Assembly: GCA_965204505.1 (NCBI GenBank)
Contig: CBDBFB010000002.1
Location: forward strand, 2,370,778-2,434,777
From: an uncultured Candidatus Binatia bacterium
GTDB taxonomy: Bacteria > Desulfobacterota > Binatia > UBA9968 > JAJDTQ01
Direction of reading: 5' to 3'
DNA length: 64,000 nt
The position numbers and the translations under genes were made by a program. Below are positions 1-7,495 of the stretch, piece by piece. Position 1 is the first letter of the stretch. Each line of letters opens with the position of its first letter. The notes beneath the pieces were generated by a model, which was given only the letters and a program-made list of their open reading frames with translations, had not been told where the DNA came from and did not search any database.

Positions 1-563
1 TGGTTGTAGAGGAAGGGGCAAAGACCCTCTGGCGGCGGGTTGCCGACCGTCTGGCCGAGTGCGGCCTGGAGATGCGCCCGCAGAAGACCACGGTGGTCTA
101 TTGCAAAGACACCAACCGCAAGGGGGACCACCCGACGGTCGCGTTCGACTTCCTCGGCTATCGTTTCCAGCCAAGGCTTGCGGCGTGGCGCGGAGGGTTG
201 TTCGGGGTCTCGTTCCTTCCGGCTGCCAGCCCGACCGCGCTCAGGGCGTTTCGCCGCCGCGTGCGGCAATGGGGCTTGCGACGGCGTAGCGACAAGGGGC
301 TGCTCGATCTTGCCCGCATGTTTCTTCGCGAAATTGCAGGGTGGATCGGCTACTTCGGTGCGTTCTACAAGTCGGCCCTCTATCCGACGCTTCGCCTGAT
401 AGACGCCCACTTGCATCGATGGGCAACGAGGAAGTTCGAACGCTTCCGACGACGACCGCGTCAGGCTCGTCTCCGGCTAGCCAGAATCGTGAAAGCGGAG
501 CCGTGGCGGTTCGCCCATTGGCCCCTGTTGTACGGGAAGGGCCGGACGCTGGGAGCCGTATGA
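1..563 (+). CDS. Group II intron reverse transcriptase/maturase, C-terminal part; 5' end lies upstream of the window
   Basis: ORF 72-563 translates to ...HPTVAFDFLGYRF...IAGWIGYFGAFYKSALYPTLRLIDAHLHRWATRKF, the post-YADD thumb/maturase region seen in the other intron RTs in this window (e.g. 31500-31902). The ORF stop falls inside a domain-V-like hairpin. Confidence 0.7.
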   Translation, partial: VVEEGAKTLWRRVADRLAECGLEMRPQKTTVVYCKDTNRKGDHPTVAFDFLGYRFQPRLAAWRGGLFGVSFLPAASPTALRAFRRRVRQWGLRRRSDKGLLDLARMFLREIAGWIGYFGAFYKSALYPTLRLIDAHLHRWATRKFERFRRRPRQARLRLARIVKAEPWRFAHWPLLYGKGRTLGAV

Positions 564-620
564 GTCGAGAGGCTCACGTACGGTTCCGGGAGCGCGTTGG
601 GGGTGAGATTCCCCCGCGCG
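548..620 (+). ncRNA. Group II intron domain V/VI and 3' boundary of the intron entering from upstream
   Basis: gagccgtatgag-tcgagagg-ctcacgtacggttc forms the conserved domain V hairpin (AGC triad, GNRA-like loop). A near-identical motif recurs at 5482-5515. Homology to IS66 tnpC begins right after about 620. Confidence 0.45.
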
Positions 621-624
621 ACTC

Positions 625-1268
625 GATGCCCGCTCTACCGCCAGGCGCAGATCTACGCCCGCTCGGGTCTCGATCTTCACCGCTCGACGCTGGCCGGGTG
701 GGTGGGCAAGGCGGCGTTCCACCTCAAGCCGGTGGTGGACCGGCTGGCTTGGCGCCTGAGACAGTCGGGGAAGCTGTTCATGGACGAGACCCGGGCTCCG
801 GTGCTCGATCCCGGACGGGGCAGGACCAAGACCGGGTGGCTGTGGGCGCTGGCCCGGGACGACCGCGGTTGGGGCGGCCCGGACCCGCCCGGGGTGGTGT
901 GCTTCCATGCCGCGGCGGCGAGCACGCGGAGACCTTCCTCAAGGGGTTCAAGGGCATCCTGCAGGTGGACGGCTACGGCGGCTACAACCGGCTTGCCGGC
1001 CCGGACCGGCAGGTGCGGCTGGCGTATCTGGATGCACGCCCGGCGCAAGGTTCACGAGGTCTTCGAGAGCACCGACTCGAAGGTGGCGGCCGAGGGCTTG
1101 CCGCGGATCGTGGAGTTCTACGCCATCGAGGCGGAGATCCGCGCCCCCAGGCCCTCACGAGAAAGAACGCCCTGTTCCCGGGTCATGACGAAGGCGCCAC
1201 TGCCTGGGGCCGCATCGCCTCGCTCATCAAGACCGCCAAGTTGAACGGGGCCGAGCCCTACGCCTATT
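625..1268 (+). pseudogene. tnpC: IS66-family TnpC internal fragment (frameshifted), bounded by group II introns on both sides
   Basis: Translations PLYRQAQIYARSGLDLHRSTLAGWVG...KLFMDETRAPVLDPGRGRTKTGWLWALARDDRGWGGPDPPGVV and ...GGEHAETFLKGFKGILQVDGYGGYNRLAGPD lie in different frames. Both match the intact TnpC copies at 9525-11135 and 21598-23208. The fragment ends at ...EPYAYCAR where the intron sequence GTGAAG... begins. Confidence 0.7.
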
Positions 1269-1965
1269 GCGCCAGGTGAAGCCCTGGAGAGGAGGATGCC
1301 ATGAGCTGAAACCTTTCGAAGCGATCCAGCGGGTTCGACTCCCGTCCGGTAAAGGCGCAGCCCGCCAGCCGGAAGCGAGTCTTGCGCGGCGAGCGGCAAC
1401 GCCCGTCGCGAAGCGTAGACAGCAGGTGACGAAGCGGCGGAAAAAAAGCCTCGAAATGGGTAAACCGATGACGCCTTCATTGTTAAGCGGGTGGGGGCAG
1501 TACCGGAAGCGCCGTGACTGGCGAGGCGCAACGGGTCGTCCGGGGTCGTGGACCGGCGCAGAGTCACGGGACGGATCGCCAGGGAACCTGGGAGGTCCTG
1601 CCCTTGCCCGTGGGCAAAGAAGCTGGAGAGGGATGGCCAGCGTGAAATCCAGACCCCGGTCCGTTGCCGGCGCCTGCGCGGCGGCGGGAGCGCCCTCGGG
1701 CGGACACGAACCCCGGCAGGCAACAGCCCGCGGAGCCGGCTGGCGAAAACAATGAGCCGAAGGACATGCAGGGGCAGGAAGTCGTAGCGCCTTGATAGTA
1801 CCGTGGAAGGCGGGGAACCGTGGCCGTCGGGACCCGCTGGAGGGAAGCGGGGCGCCATCTGAACAGACCCACTGATGGGAAACGCTGGAGGAAACCCTGA
1901 GTTCCACCAACACGTACACGAAACAGCAGTGGATAGCCGAACAGGCGAGGGAGCATCCGGAGCGG

Positions 1966-2562
1966 GTGTTCACGTCCCTGCACCACCTGATCGACGGCGA
2001 GTGGATGCGCGAAGCCTACCGGCGGACGCGAAAGGATGGGGCGACGGGCATCGACGGCGTGACGGCTGCGGACTACGAGAAGGACCTTGAGGCCAACCTT
2101 GACGGCCTGCTGGACCGGATCAAGTCGGGCCGTTACTTTGCGCCGCCGGTGCGCCGGCGCTACATCCCCAAGGCGGACGGCACGAAACGGCCTCTGGGCA
2201 TACCGACGCTGGAAGACAAGGTGGCGCAACGGGCCATCCTGATGCTGCTGGAACCGGTCTACGAGACGGACTTTGTGCCGTGCTCGTACGGCTTCCGGCC
2301 CGGGCGGTCGGCCCACGATGCCCTGAACGCACTGCGAAAGGGCATCATGGAGCAGCGCCAACGGTGGGTGATCGACGCGGATCTGAGATCGTACTTCGAC
2401 TCGATCCCGCACGGCCACCTGAGGACCTTCCTCGACCTGCGGATCAAGGACGGCGTCGTAAGGCGCATGATCGACAAATGGCTGAAGGCAGGGGTGCTCG
2501 AAGAGGGCACCGTGCACAAACCGGTTGCTGGCACTCCCCAGGGCGGGGTGATGACGCCCTGA
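1966..2562 (+). pseudogene. Intron X RT N-terminal half (RT domains 0-4), truncated at ...GTPQGGV by the insertion that starts at 2551
   Basis: HHLIDGEWMREAYRRTRKDGATGIDGVTAADYE...RPLGIPTLEDKVAQRAI...SYGFRPGRSAHDAL...VIDADLRSYFDSIPH...TPQGGV is a typical group II RT. The expected ISPLLSN continuation resumes only at 4789. Confidence 0.75.
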
Positions 2563-2576
2563 ACGCAAAAGGTAAC
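2551..2576. repeat. Left terminal inverted repeat of the serine-recombinase element
   Basis: 26/26 nt reverse-complement match to 4763-4788. Two further imperfect matches extend inward. Confidence 0.85.
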
Positions 2577-2659
2577 TTCCGCTTTGAACGTGAGATTGTG
2601 CAATGGCGGGACCGTCCCTTAGTTGATTTACGCCGCAAAGGGTAATACTCTTATGACAA

Positions 2660-2989
2660 ATGGTTCGGTCGACACGAGCCCAAAAGGTCGAGCGGCTCAA
2701 CGCCGCCTACACACTCCTCGCCCAAGGCGTCTCCGCGAGCGAAGCCGTGTTGCGCCTGTCGCAACGCTTCGGGCTGTCGCAGCGCCAGTCGTATCGTTAC
2801 ATCCAGGACGCCCGCGCCATGAGCCAGCCGTCCGAGCCGGGCGAAGCGCTGACCCCCATCACTATCAAGATTCCGGGCACACTGGCGGCGACGCTGCGGG
2901 CGCATGCCAGGAGCAGCGGCCGCTCCATCGCGGAGATCGTCACCCGGGCTCTGAGGCGCTTCTTCTCGCATGCGGGTGGGCATGGCTGA
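2660..2989 (+). CDS. Small DNA-binding protein (N-terminal HTH-like, C-terminal ribbon-helix-helix-like) carried inside the recombinase element. It could be an accessory protein or a recombination directionality factor (RDF)
   Basis: 109-aa ORF. LLAQGVSASEAVLRLSQRFGLSQRQSYRYIQDA is HTH-like. ITIKIPGTLAATLRAHARSSGRSIAEIVTRALRRFF resembles a CopG/RHH beta-strand plus helices. There is no clear Shine-Dalgarno. Confidence 0.4.
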   Translation: MVRSTRAQKVERLNAAYTLLAQGVSASEAVLRLSQRFGLSQRQSYRYIQDARAMSQPSEPGEALTPITIKIPGTLAATLRAHARSSGRSIAEIVTRALRRFFSHAGGHG

Positions 2990-3135
2990 ACGTCGCGCGG
3001 GCTCCCGGCCCTCCGTTCAACTCGCTTATGCCTTTGATCGTCTGCTCGACGCCAAGCTCCAGAACGTCTACGCGATCCTGGTGCCGGATCAGGCTCACAA
3101 GATCCCGGCCCGGGCGCACGATATAGGAGACGAAC

Positions 3136-4899
3136 ATGAGGATCGCAGCCCTGTACGCGCGGGTCTCGGGCGAGCAGCAGAGAGATAGCCACACGATCGC
3201 CAGCCAGACCGAAGCCCTGGTAGCCTACGCCGAGTGTCACGGGTACCGCGTCGCGCCCGACATGATCATCGAGGACGACGGCTACAGCGGCGCCGTTCTC
3301 GAACGCCCGGGACTCGAGCGGGTCCGGGACCTCGCCGCGGAAGGGCGCATCGACACGGTGGTGGTGCATGCCCCGGACCGCTTGAGCCGGCGCTATGCCT
3401 ATCAGGTTGTGATTATCGAGGAGCTGGCGCGCCAGGGCGTCGAGACCGTGTTTGTGAACGCTCCGTCGATGGAAACCCCCGAGGACCACCTCCTCGTGCA
3501 GTTCCAGGGCATGATCGCGGAATATGAACGCGCCCAGATTCTGGAGCGTTCCCGGCGCGGCAAGCGTCATCGGGCGCGACGCGGCGAAGTCGCCGTCCTC
3601 AGCGGCGCGCCCTATGGCTACCGCTACCACAAGAAGACCCCGGACAGCGATGCGTTCTACGAAATCATCGAACCGCAGGCTTCGGTGGTTCGCGAGGTCT
3701 ACCGCTGCTACACTTGCGACCACATGAGCATCGGCGCGATCACGCGCAATCTCAAGGAGCGCGAGGTCCTTACGGCCACGGGGCGTTCGCGCTGGGAACG
3801 CTCGACCGTGTGGGCGATTCTCCGCAACCCCGCCTACAAGGGGACGGCCTGTTTCGGCAAGACCCGCCAGATGCCTCGAAAAAGCGTGACACGTCCTGTA
3901 CGCCTGAGCGGAGGCTTCGCCAGCGCCACTACCGGCAGTCACGAGAAACCGCGTGAGGAGTGGATCGAGATCCCGGTGCCGGCGATCGTCAGCGAGGAGA
4001 CCTTCGCCCTGGCCGAAGAGCGGCTGGAGAGAAACAAGATCCACGCGCCACGTCGCACCAAGACACTCAGCGTGGTCCAGGGACTGGTCTCCTGCGGCAA
4101 ATGCGGCTACGCGTGGTACCGCACCTCGGCCCAGACGAGCGCCCGCAAGATCTCCTATTACCGCTGCCTGGGATCCGATTCGTGGCGCCACCTCAACGGG
4201 CCGCTGTGCGACAGCCGTCCGGCGCGCCAGGAACTGCTTGATGACGTCGTATGGACCGAGGTGGTCCGCCTGCTGGAGAACCCTGCACTGATCAGCGCGG
4301 AAATCGACCGGCGACTGGAGGCGGCCCGTGCCTCCGACCCCAACCAGCAGCGCGAGGCCGACCTGCGGCGCCGGCTGATCAGGGTCCGCAAGAGTATCGA
4401 CCGCCTGGTCAATGCCTATCAGGAGGAGTTGATAACCATCGACGAACTGCGTGACAGAACGCCCGAACTTCGCCGTCAGGAGCAGGCGCTGCATCGCGAA
4501 CTGCAATCCGCGGTCGATCAGGCCAAGGAGCGCGAGACCTACCTGCGGCTCGCCGAGACCCTGACCGACTTTCTGGAGAGGCTGCGTTCGTCCGCCGAAA
4601 CCCTCGACATCGCGGAACGTCAACGCATCGTACGGCTCCTCGTGAAGGAGGTGTTGGTCAGCGAAGACAAAATCACGATCCGCCATTCAATCCCGATCTC
4701 GGGCTCGCCAGGAGGCGGTCCAGACCCCTCGAAATCCGCCACGGACAGCCCCGAAGGCGAAGGTTACCTTTTGCGTTCAGGGCGTCATCTCGCCGATGCT
4801 TTCCAACATCTTCCTGCACCATGTGCTGGACGAGTGGTTCGAGAAAGTGGCGAAGCCACGCTTGTACGGAAAGTGCCAGTTGGTGCGTTTCGCCGATGA
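3136..4899 (+). CDS. Large serine recombinase (resolvase/invertase N-terminal catalytic domain plus large C-terminal recombinase/zinc-ribbon/coiled-coil region)
   Basis: [24 protein letters not shown]...[14 protein letters not shown]...[12 protein letters not shown]...[27 protein letters not shown]...GAPYGYRY... then a Cys-containing zinc-ribbon (CGKCGYAWY...YYRC) and long coiled-coil. The ORF reads through the right IR into flanking RT sequence before stopping at 4899. Confidence 0.85.
   Translation: MRIAALYARVSGEQQRDSHTIASQTEALVAYAECHGYRVAPDMIIEDDGYSGAVLERPGLERVRDLAAEGRIDTVVVHAPDRLSRRYAYQVVIIEELARQGVETVFVNAPSMETPEDHLLVQFQGMIAEYERAQILERSRRGKRHRARRGEVAVLSGAPYGYRYHKKTPDSDAFYEIIEPQASVVREVYRCYTCDHMSIGAITRNLKEREVLTATGRSRWERSTVWAILRNPAYKGTACFGKTRQMPRKSVTRPVRLSGGFASATTGSHEKPREEWIEIPVPAIVSEETFALAEERLERNKIHAPRRTKTLSVVQGLVSCGKCGYAWYRTSAQTSARKISYYRCLGSDSWRHLNGPLCDSRPARQELLDDVVWTEVVRLLENPALISAEIDRRLEAARASDPNQQREADLRRRLIRVRKSIDRLVNAYQEELITIDELRDRTPELRRQEQALHRELQSAVDQAKERETYLRLAETLTDFLERLRSSAETLDIAERQRIVRLLVKEVLVSEDKITIRHSIPISGSPGGGPDPSKSATDSPEGEGYLLRSGRHLADAFQHLPAPCAGRVVRESGEATLVRKVPVGAFRR
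4763..4788. repeat. Right terminal inverted repeat of the serine-recombinase element
   Basis: 26/26 nt reverse-complement match to 2551-2576. Confidence 0.85.
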
Positions 4900-4901
4900 C
4901 T
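4789..4901 (+). pseudogene. Intron X RT fragment (domain 5-7 up to the FADD/YADD motif)
   Basis: [38 protein letters not shown], then interrupted by GTGCGCC... (intron Y). Confidence 0.6.
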
Positions 4902-5555
4902 GTGCGCCACGACGGCGACGAGAGGAGGTTCTGATGACGTAGCAGAGCCGAGTTGAAGCGCCTTGCTGCACAGGAGATGAGGGAAGGCCCCTCGGACTCG
5001 GGTTGCAGGACCAGGGTCCAAACCACCGCAAGCTGCTCCGGTTCAACGACCGGGGTGGTGAGCGTTGCGGAAAAGGCGGGAATCACCCGTCAGGTGTGCG
5101 CTGGTAAGACGAACGAAAGTGAACCGTTGATGACGTGTCGAAAGCGTAAAGATGTCGCCGAAACCAGGCTCCAGTCGTTGGTCTGGGATGGAGCTCGGAG
5201 GGTGCCTGCTGACTGGCCGAGCGGCGACCGGCATGAAGGCGGCGTGAGACCAGCGAGAGGCTCTTGTGCGGAACGTGGGAACCTGGAGCTCCGATGCCAA
5301 GGGAGACCTCCAAGCGGAAGAACCGCAAGGAGCCGAGTACCGAAGCGGAGCACAGGGACGGACGGGTCCGTATTAGCGATGAAGCCCGGCAATGCGGGCG
5401 GAGCGAAGGGACCCGACCCTCTGGCCAAGGATGGAGGCCAACCAGAGATGGGAGGAGCCGGTGTCTGAGGCTGGAGGGTAGGAGCCGGATGAGGCGAGAG
5501 TCTCACGTCCGGTTCTGGGAGGGCCGAGGGGTGAAATTCCCCTCGGCTACTCGAC
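4902..5555 (+). mobile_element. ORF-less group II intron Y (654 bp) nested in the RT ORF of intron X directly after FADD
   Basis: Begins GTGCGCC (the same 5' end as intron copies at 35879 and 39668). It contains domain V gagccggatgag-gcgagag-tctcacgtccggttc (5482-5515) and ends ...ggctactcgAC. Excision joins gatgac-t|ttgtcatcgccctcgaa, which encodes FADDFVIALE. Confidence 0.5.
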
Positions 5556-6115
5556 TTGTCATCGCCCTCGAAGACCGCCACAGCGGCAAGCGTCTGCTTG
5601 ACGTGCTGGGCAAGCGTCTCGGTCGATACGGGCTCACGCTCCATGAGACCAAGACGCGCCATGTGGACTTCCGCCGGAGACGCCCATACGGGCGTCACTG
5701 GATGGCGTCGGCCACGACGTTCGATTTCCTCGGCTTCACCCACGTGTGGGGGCGGTCGAGGCAAGGCAAGGACGTCGTTCGCCAGATTACGGCGAAGGGC
5801 CGCTTCGCCCGTGCGCTGAAAGCGGTGCACCAGTGGTGCAAGAGATGCCGGCACCTGCCGGTAAAGGCGCAGCAAGACTATCTTGCACGGGTGATCCGGG
5901 GCCACTGCGCATACTACGGTCTGACGGGGAACGGCAAACGTCTGGAGCGGTTCCGCCAACAGGTCGCCCGCATCTGGCGAACGTGGCTCGCACGCCGCAG
6001 CCGCCTCAGGTGCTTGAACTGGGACCGGATGAACGAACTTCTCAAGCGATATCCCTTGCCGCGAGTCACCTTCATGCGCTCATGGCAACGCTTCCTGAGC
6101 GAACCTGTCAGATGA
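5556..6115 (+). pseudogene. Intron X RT C-terminal part (post-YADD palm/thumb and maturase X domain)
   Basis: LVIALEDRHSGKRLLDVLGKRLGRYGLTLHETKTRHVDF...FDFLGFTHVWGRSRQGK...GHCAYYGLTGNGKRLERF... parallels 57440-58051 and 31380-31902. Confidence 0.65.
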
Positions 6116-6189
6116 GGAACCGAGTGCGTCAATCGCGCACGCTCGGATCTGTGGGGGGAGGGGCTCGGTAACGACCCCTCCTACCCGGC

Positions 6190-6249
6190 CCTCAAGGCGA
6201 CCCTCGAGGCCATCGCCTCGGGCCATCCCGCCTCGCGCATCGACGAACT
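6190..6249 (+). pseudogene. tnpC: IS66 tnpC 3'-terminal fragment
   Basis: LKATLEAIASGHPASRIDEL matches the intact TnpC C-terminus (23110-23180). Homology stops at 6249/6250 where the inverted ORF-less intron begins. Confidence 0.5.
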
Positions 6250-7077
6250 GTCGGGTAGGGCACTGGCGCGCGCACCTTTATTGGGCCACGTTTCCAGCCG
6301 CCCTCCCTAAAATTCCGTACGTCGGGTTTTCCCCGGTACGGCTTCAAGCTTCAGGCACCTCGCAGTTCGGCACGGAGCCTTCCGCAGGGTCGCCGAGGTC
6401 AAGGCCGATCCCGCCATACCCCCGAACGGACGCTGCGTTTGCTCCGCCCTTCGACGATGCCACTCGCCGGTTGATGCGTCGCCTCTGTGTGCGAAACCGC
6501 CGGTTGCAACATCGCCACCTGAGCCCAGAGGCCCTCGCTCCGGCCGGGTTATGTTGTCCCGGCCATCACCGCTTGTCGGCCTCATCCGCCAGTCTGGACG
6601 TCTCCGCCTCATTTCCCGGCACGACCGGTTATAGACGCGGTCTTTGACATTCGAGGATCATCCTGTCTGACCTCCAGACCTTCCGGACTTTCGCTGCGGT
6701 ACTTTCGAGTATTGCCGCCTTCAATACGCCGGGAGCCCCGGTGCGTGCGCCTCAGTTTCTTCCGCACCGGCACTGGCCATCGGGTAGGCAAGAAAACCCT
6801 TGGCAGCTCCAATTTATCCCGCAAATCAGCTTCACGCGGGAACGCCCTTTTCGACGCTTGATCCGTTCACTCTCGTTGCGGCCCTGCTCGTTGCTCGCCT
6901 TCCGGGCTGATCGCACAGGAGCGGCACAAAGGCCTCCCTGTCCCCCGAGGCTTTTACGTCCGGGCTTCCAGATCGCCGGGTCGCCCCGTGCGTCTGCCGG
7001 ATATGACTACGGCGCCAAACTGAGAACTGCGCCGGCGGGACTCTCACCCGCTAGTACCGCAGCTAGTCTCGCTGCGC
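6250..7077 (-). mobile_element. ORF-less group II intron (about 830 bp), a second copy of the element at 56380-57283, inserted near the 3' end of the IS66 remnant
   Basis: The reverse complement aligns over its length with 56380-57283. Shared segments include agtcccgccggcgcaRttctcagtttggcgYcgtagtcatatcc and a domain V gaagccgtaccggggaaaacccgacgtacggaat. Its 3' end ...ccctacccgAC abuts IS66 sequence. IS66 homology resumes at 7078 (cctcccctgggcgttcacacccgc). Confidence 0.5.
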
Positions 7078-7120
7078 CCTCCCCTGGGCGTTCACACCCG
7101 CTTTCCCGCTGATCCCGGGG

Positions 7121-7148
7121 CGCCCGCGGGCGCCCGCGGGCGCCCGCC
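7121..7148. repeat. 10-bp tandem repeat (CGCCCGCGGG), about 2.7 units. The homologous site upstream of paralogue 2 (about 14057-14075) has about 1.7 units
   Basis: Direct reading: cgcccgcggg cgcccgcggg cgcccgccac at copy 1 versus gcgcccgcgggcgcccgccact at copy 2. Confidence 0.6.
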
Positions 7149-7368
7149 ACTCGCCTCATCGCCGTGCCGCCTTCTTTGTCAAGGTGGTTTTTTCGCACCG
7201 TTTACCCCTTTTTTCGCTTCGGGCACGAAAGTAACACTTAAATAGATAATTGGGGCACACTGATGGCACACAAAATATGGATGGATATGGTATGGGGATT
7301 TTGACTTTGGGATTGTCACAAACGCGCGGGACTGCGCTCCGGCGCGCCCGCCGGCGGCGGACAAAGAC

Positions 7369-7383
7369 GGGAGGTTCGAAATG
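7369..7383 (+). promoter_or_regulatory. Strong Shine-Dalgarno (GGGAGG) plus ATG of a leader ORF that runs through the octamer repeat
   Basis: gacgGGAGGttcgaaATG has 6-nt spacing. The ORF MPLTFTALSHNRPAAQRPSG(PAAQRPSG)n continues through 7415-7486. The annotated adhesin ATG at 7496 has no recognisable SD. Confidence 0.5.
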
Positions 7384-7414
7384 CCCTTGACATTTACGGC
7401 ACTGTCTCATAATC

Positions 7415-7486
7415 GCCCAGCGGCCCAGCGGCCCAGCGGCCCAGCGGCCCAGCGGCCCAGCGGCCCAGCGGCCCAGCGGCCCAGCG
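7415..7486. repeat. Octanucleotide microsatellite (GCCCAGCG)x9
   Basis: Counted directly: nine perfect 8-bp units, followed by ggcagcgacATG. Confidence 0.95.
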
Positions 7487-7495
7487 GGCAGCGAC

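Larger units (their letters stand above)
2551..4788 (+). mobile_element. 2.24-kb serine-recombinase insertion element with 26-bp perfect terminal inverted repeats, flanked by AT dinucleotides
   Basis: Left end atgacgccctgaacgcaaaaggtaac (2551-2576) is the exact reverse complement of right end gttaccttttgcgttcagggcgtcat (4763-4788). Removing 2553-4788 rejoins ggggtgAT|ctcgccgatg, which encodes [10 protein letters not shown], the RT domain 5 motif. The AT dinucleotide is present at both junctions. Confidence 0.55.
1257..6207 (+). mobile_element. Composite group II intron X, about 2.07 kb of intron sequence plus two nested insertions, inserted in the IS66 tnpC remnant
   Basis: Intron 5' region 1270-1890 precedes the RT ORF. 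The RT ORF lies in three pieces (1966-2550, 4789-4901, 5556-6115). Domain V gaaccgagtgcg-tcaatcg-cgcacgctcggatc sits at about 6128-6160. IS66 tnpC homology resumes about 6190 (LKATLEAIASGHPASRIDEL). Boundaries are approximate. Confidence 0.5.

Noticed and set aside
2797-4686. 629-aa ORF antisense to the serine recombinase gene. Similar long antisense ORFs occur at 8012-9307, 12068-13468, 15916-18330, 34873-36474 and 21985-23151
   Set aside because: High GC content suppresses stop codons on the strand opposite to real genes. These ORFs have Arg/Pro/Ala-rich low-complexity translations and no motifs. They overlap genes with strong homology-type evidence.
7387-7413. Near-consensus sigma70 promoter TTGACA-15nt-CATAAT immediately before the octamer tract
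   Set aside because: It lies inside the leader ORF (codons 3-11), downstream of the strong SD-ATG. It probably arose by chance from the codon sequence. It is kept only as an alternative to the leader-ORF model.
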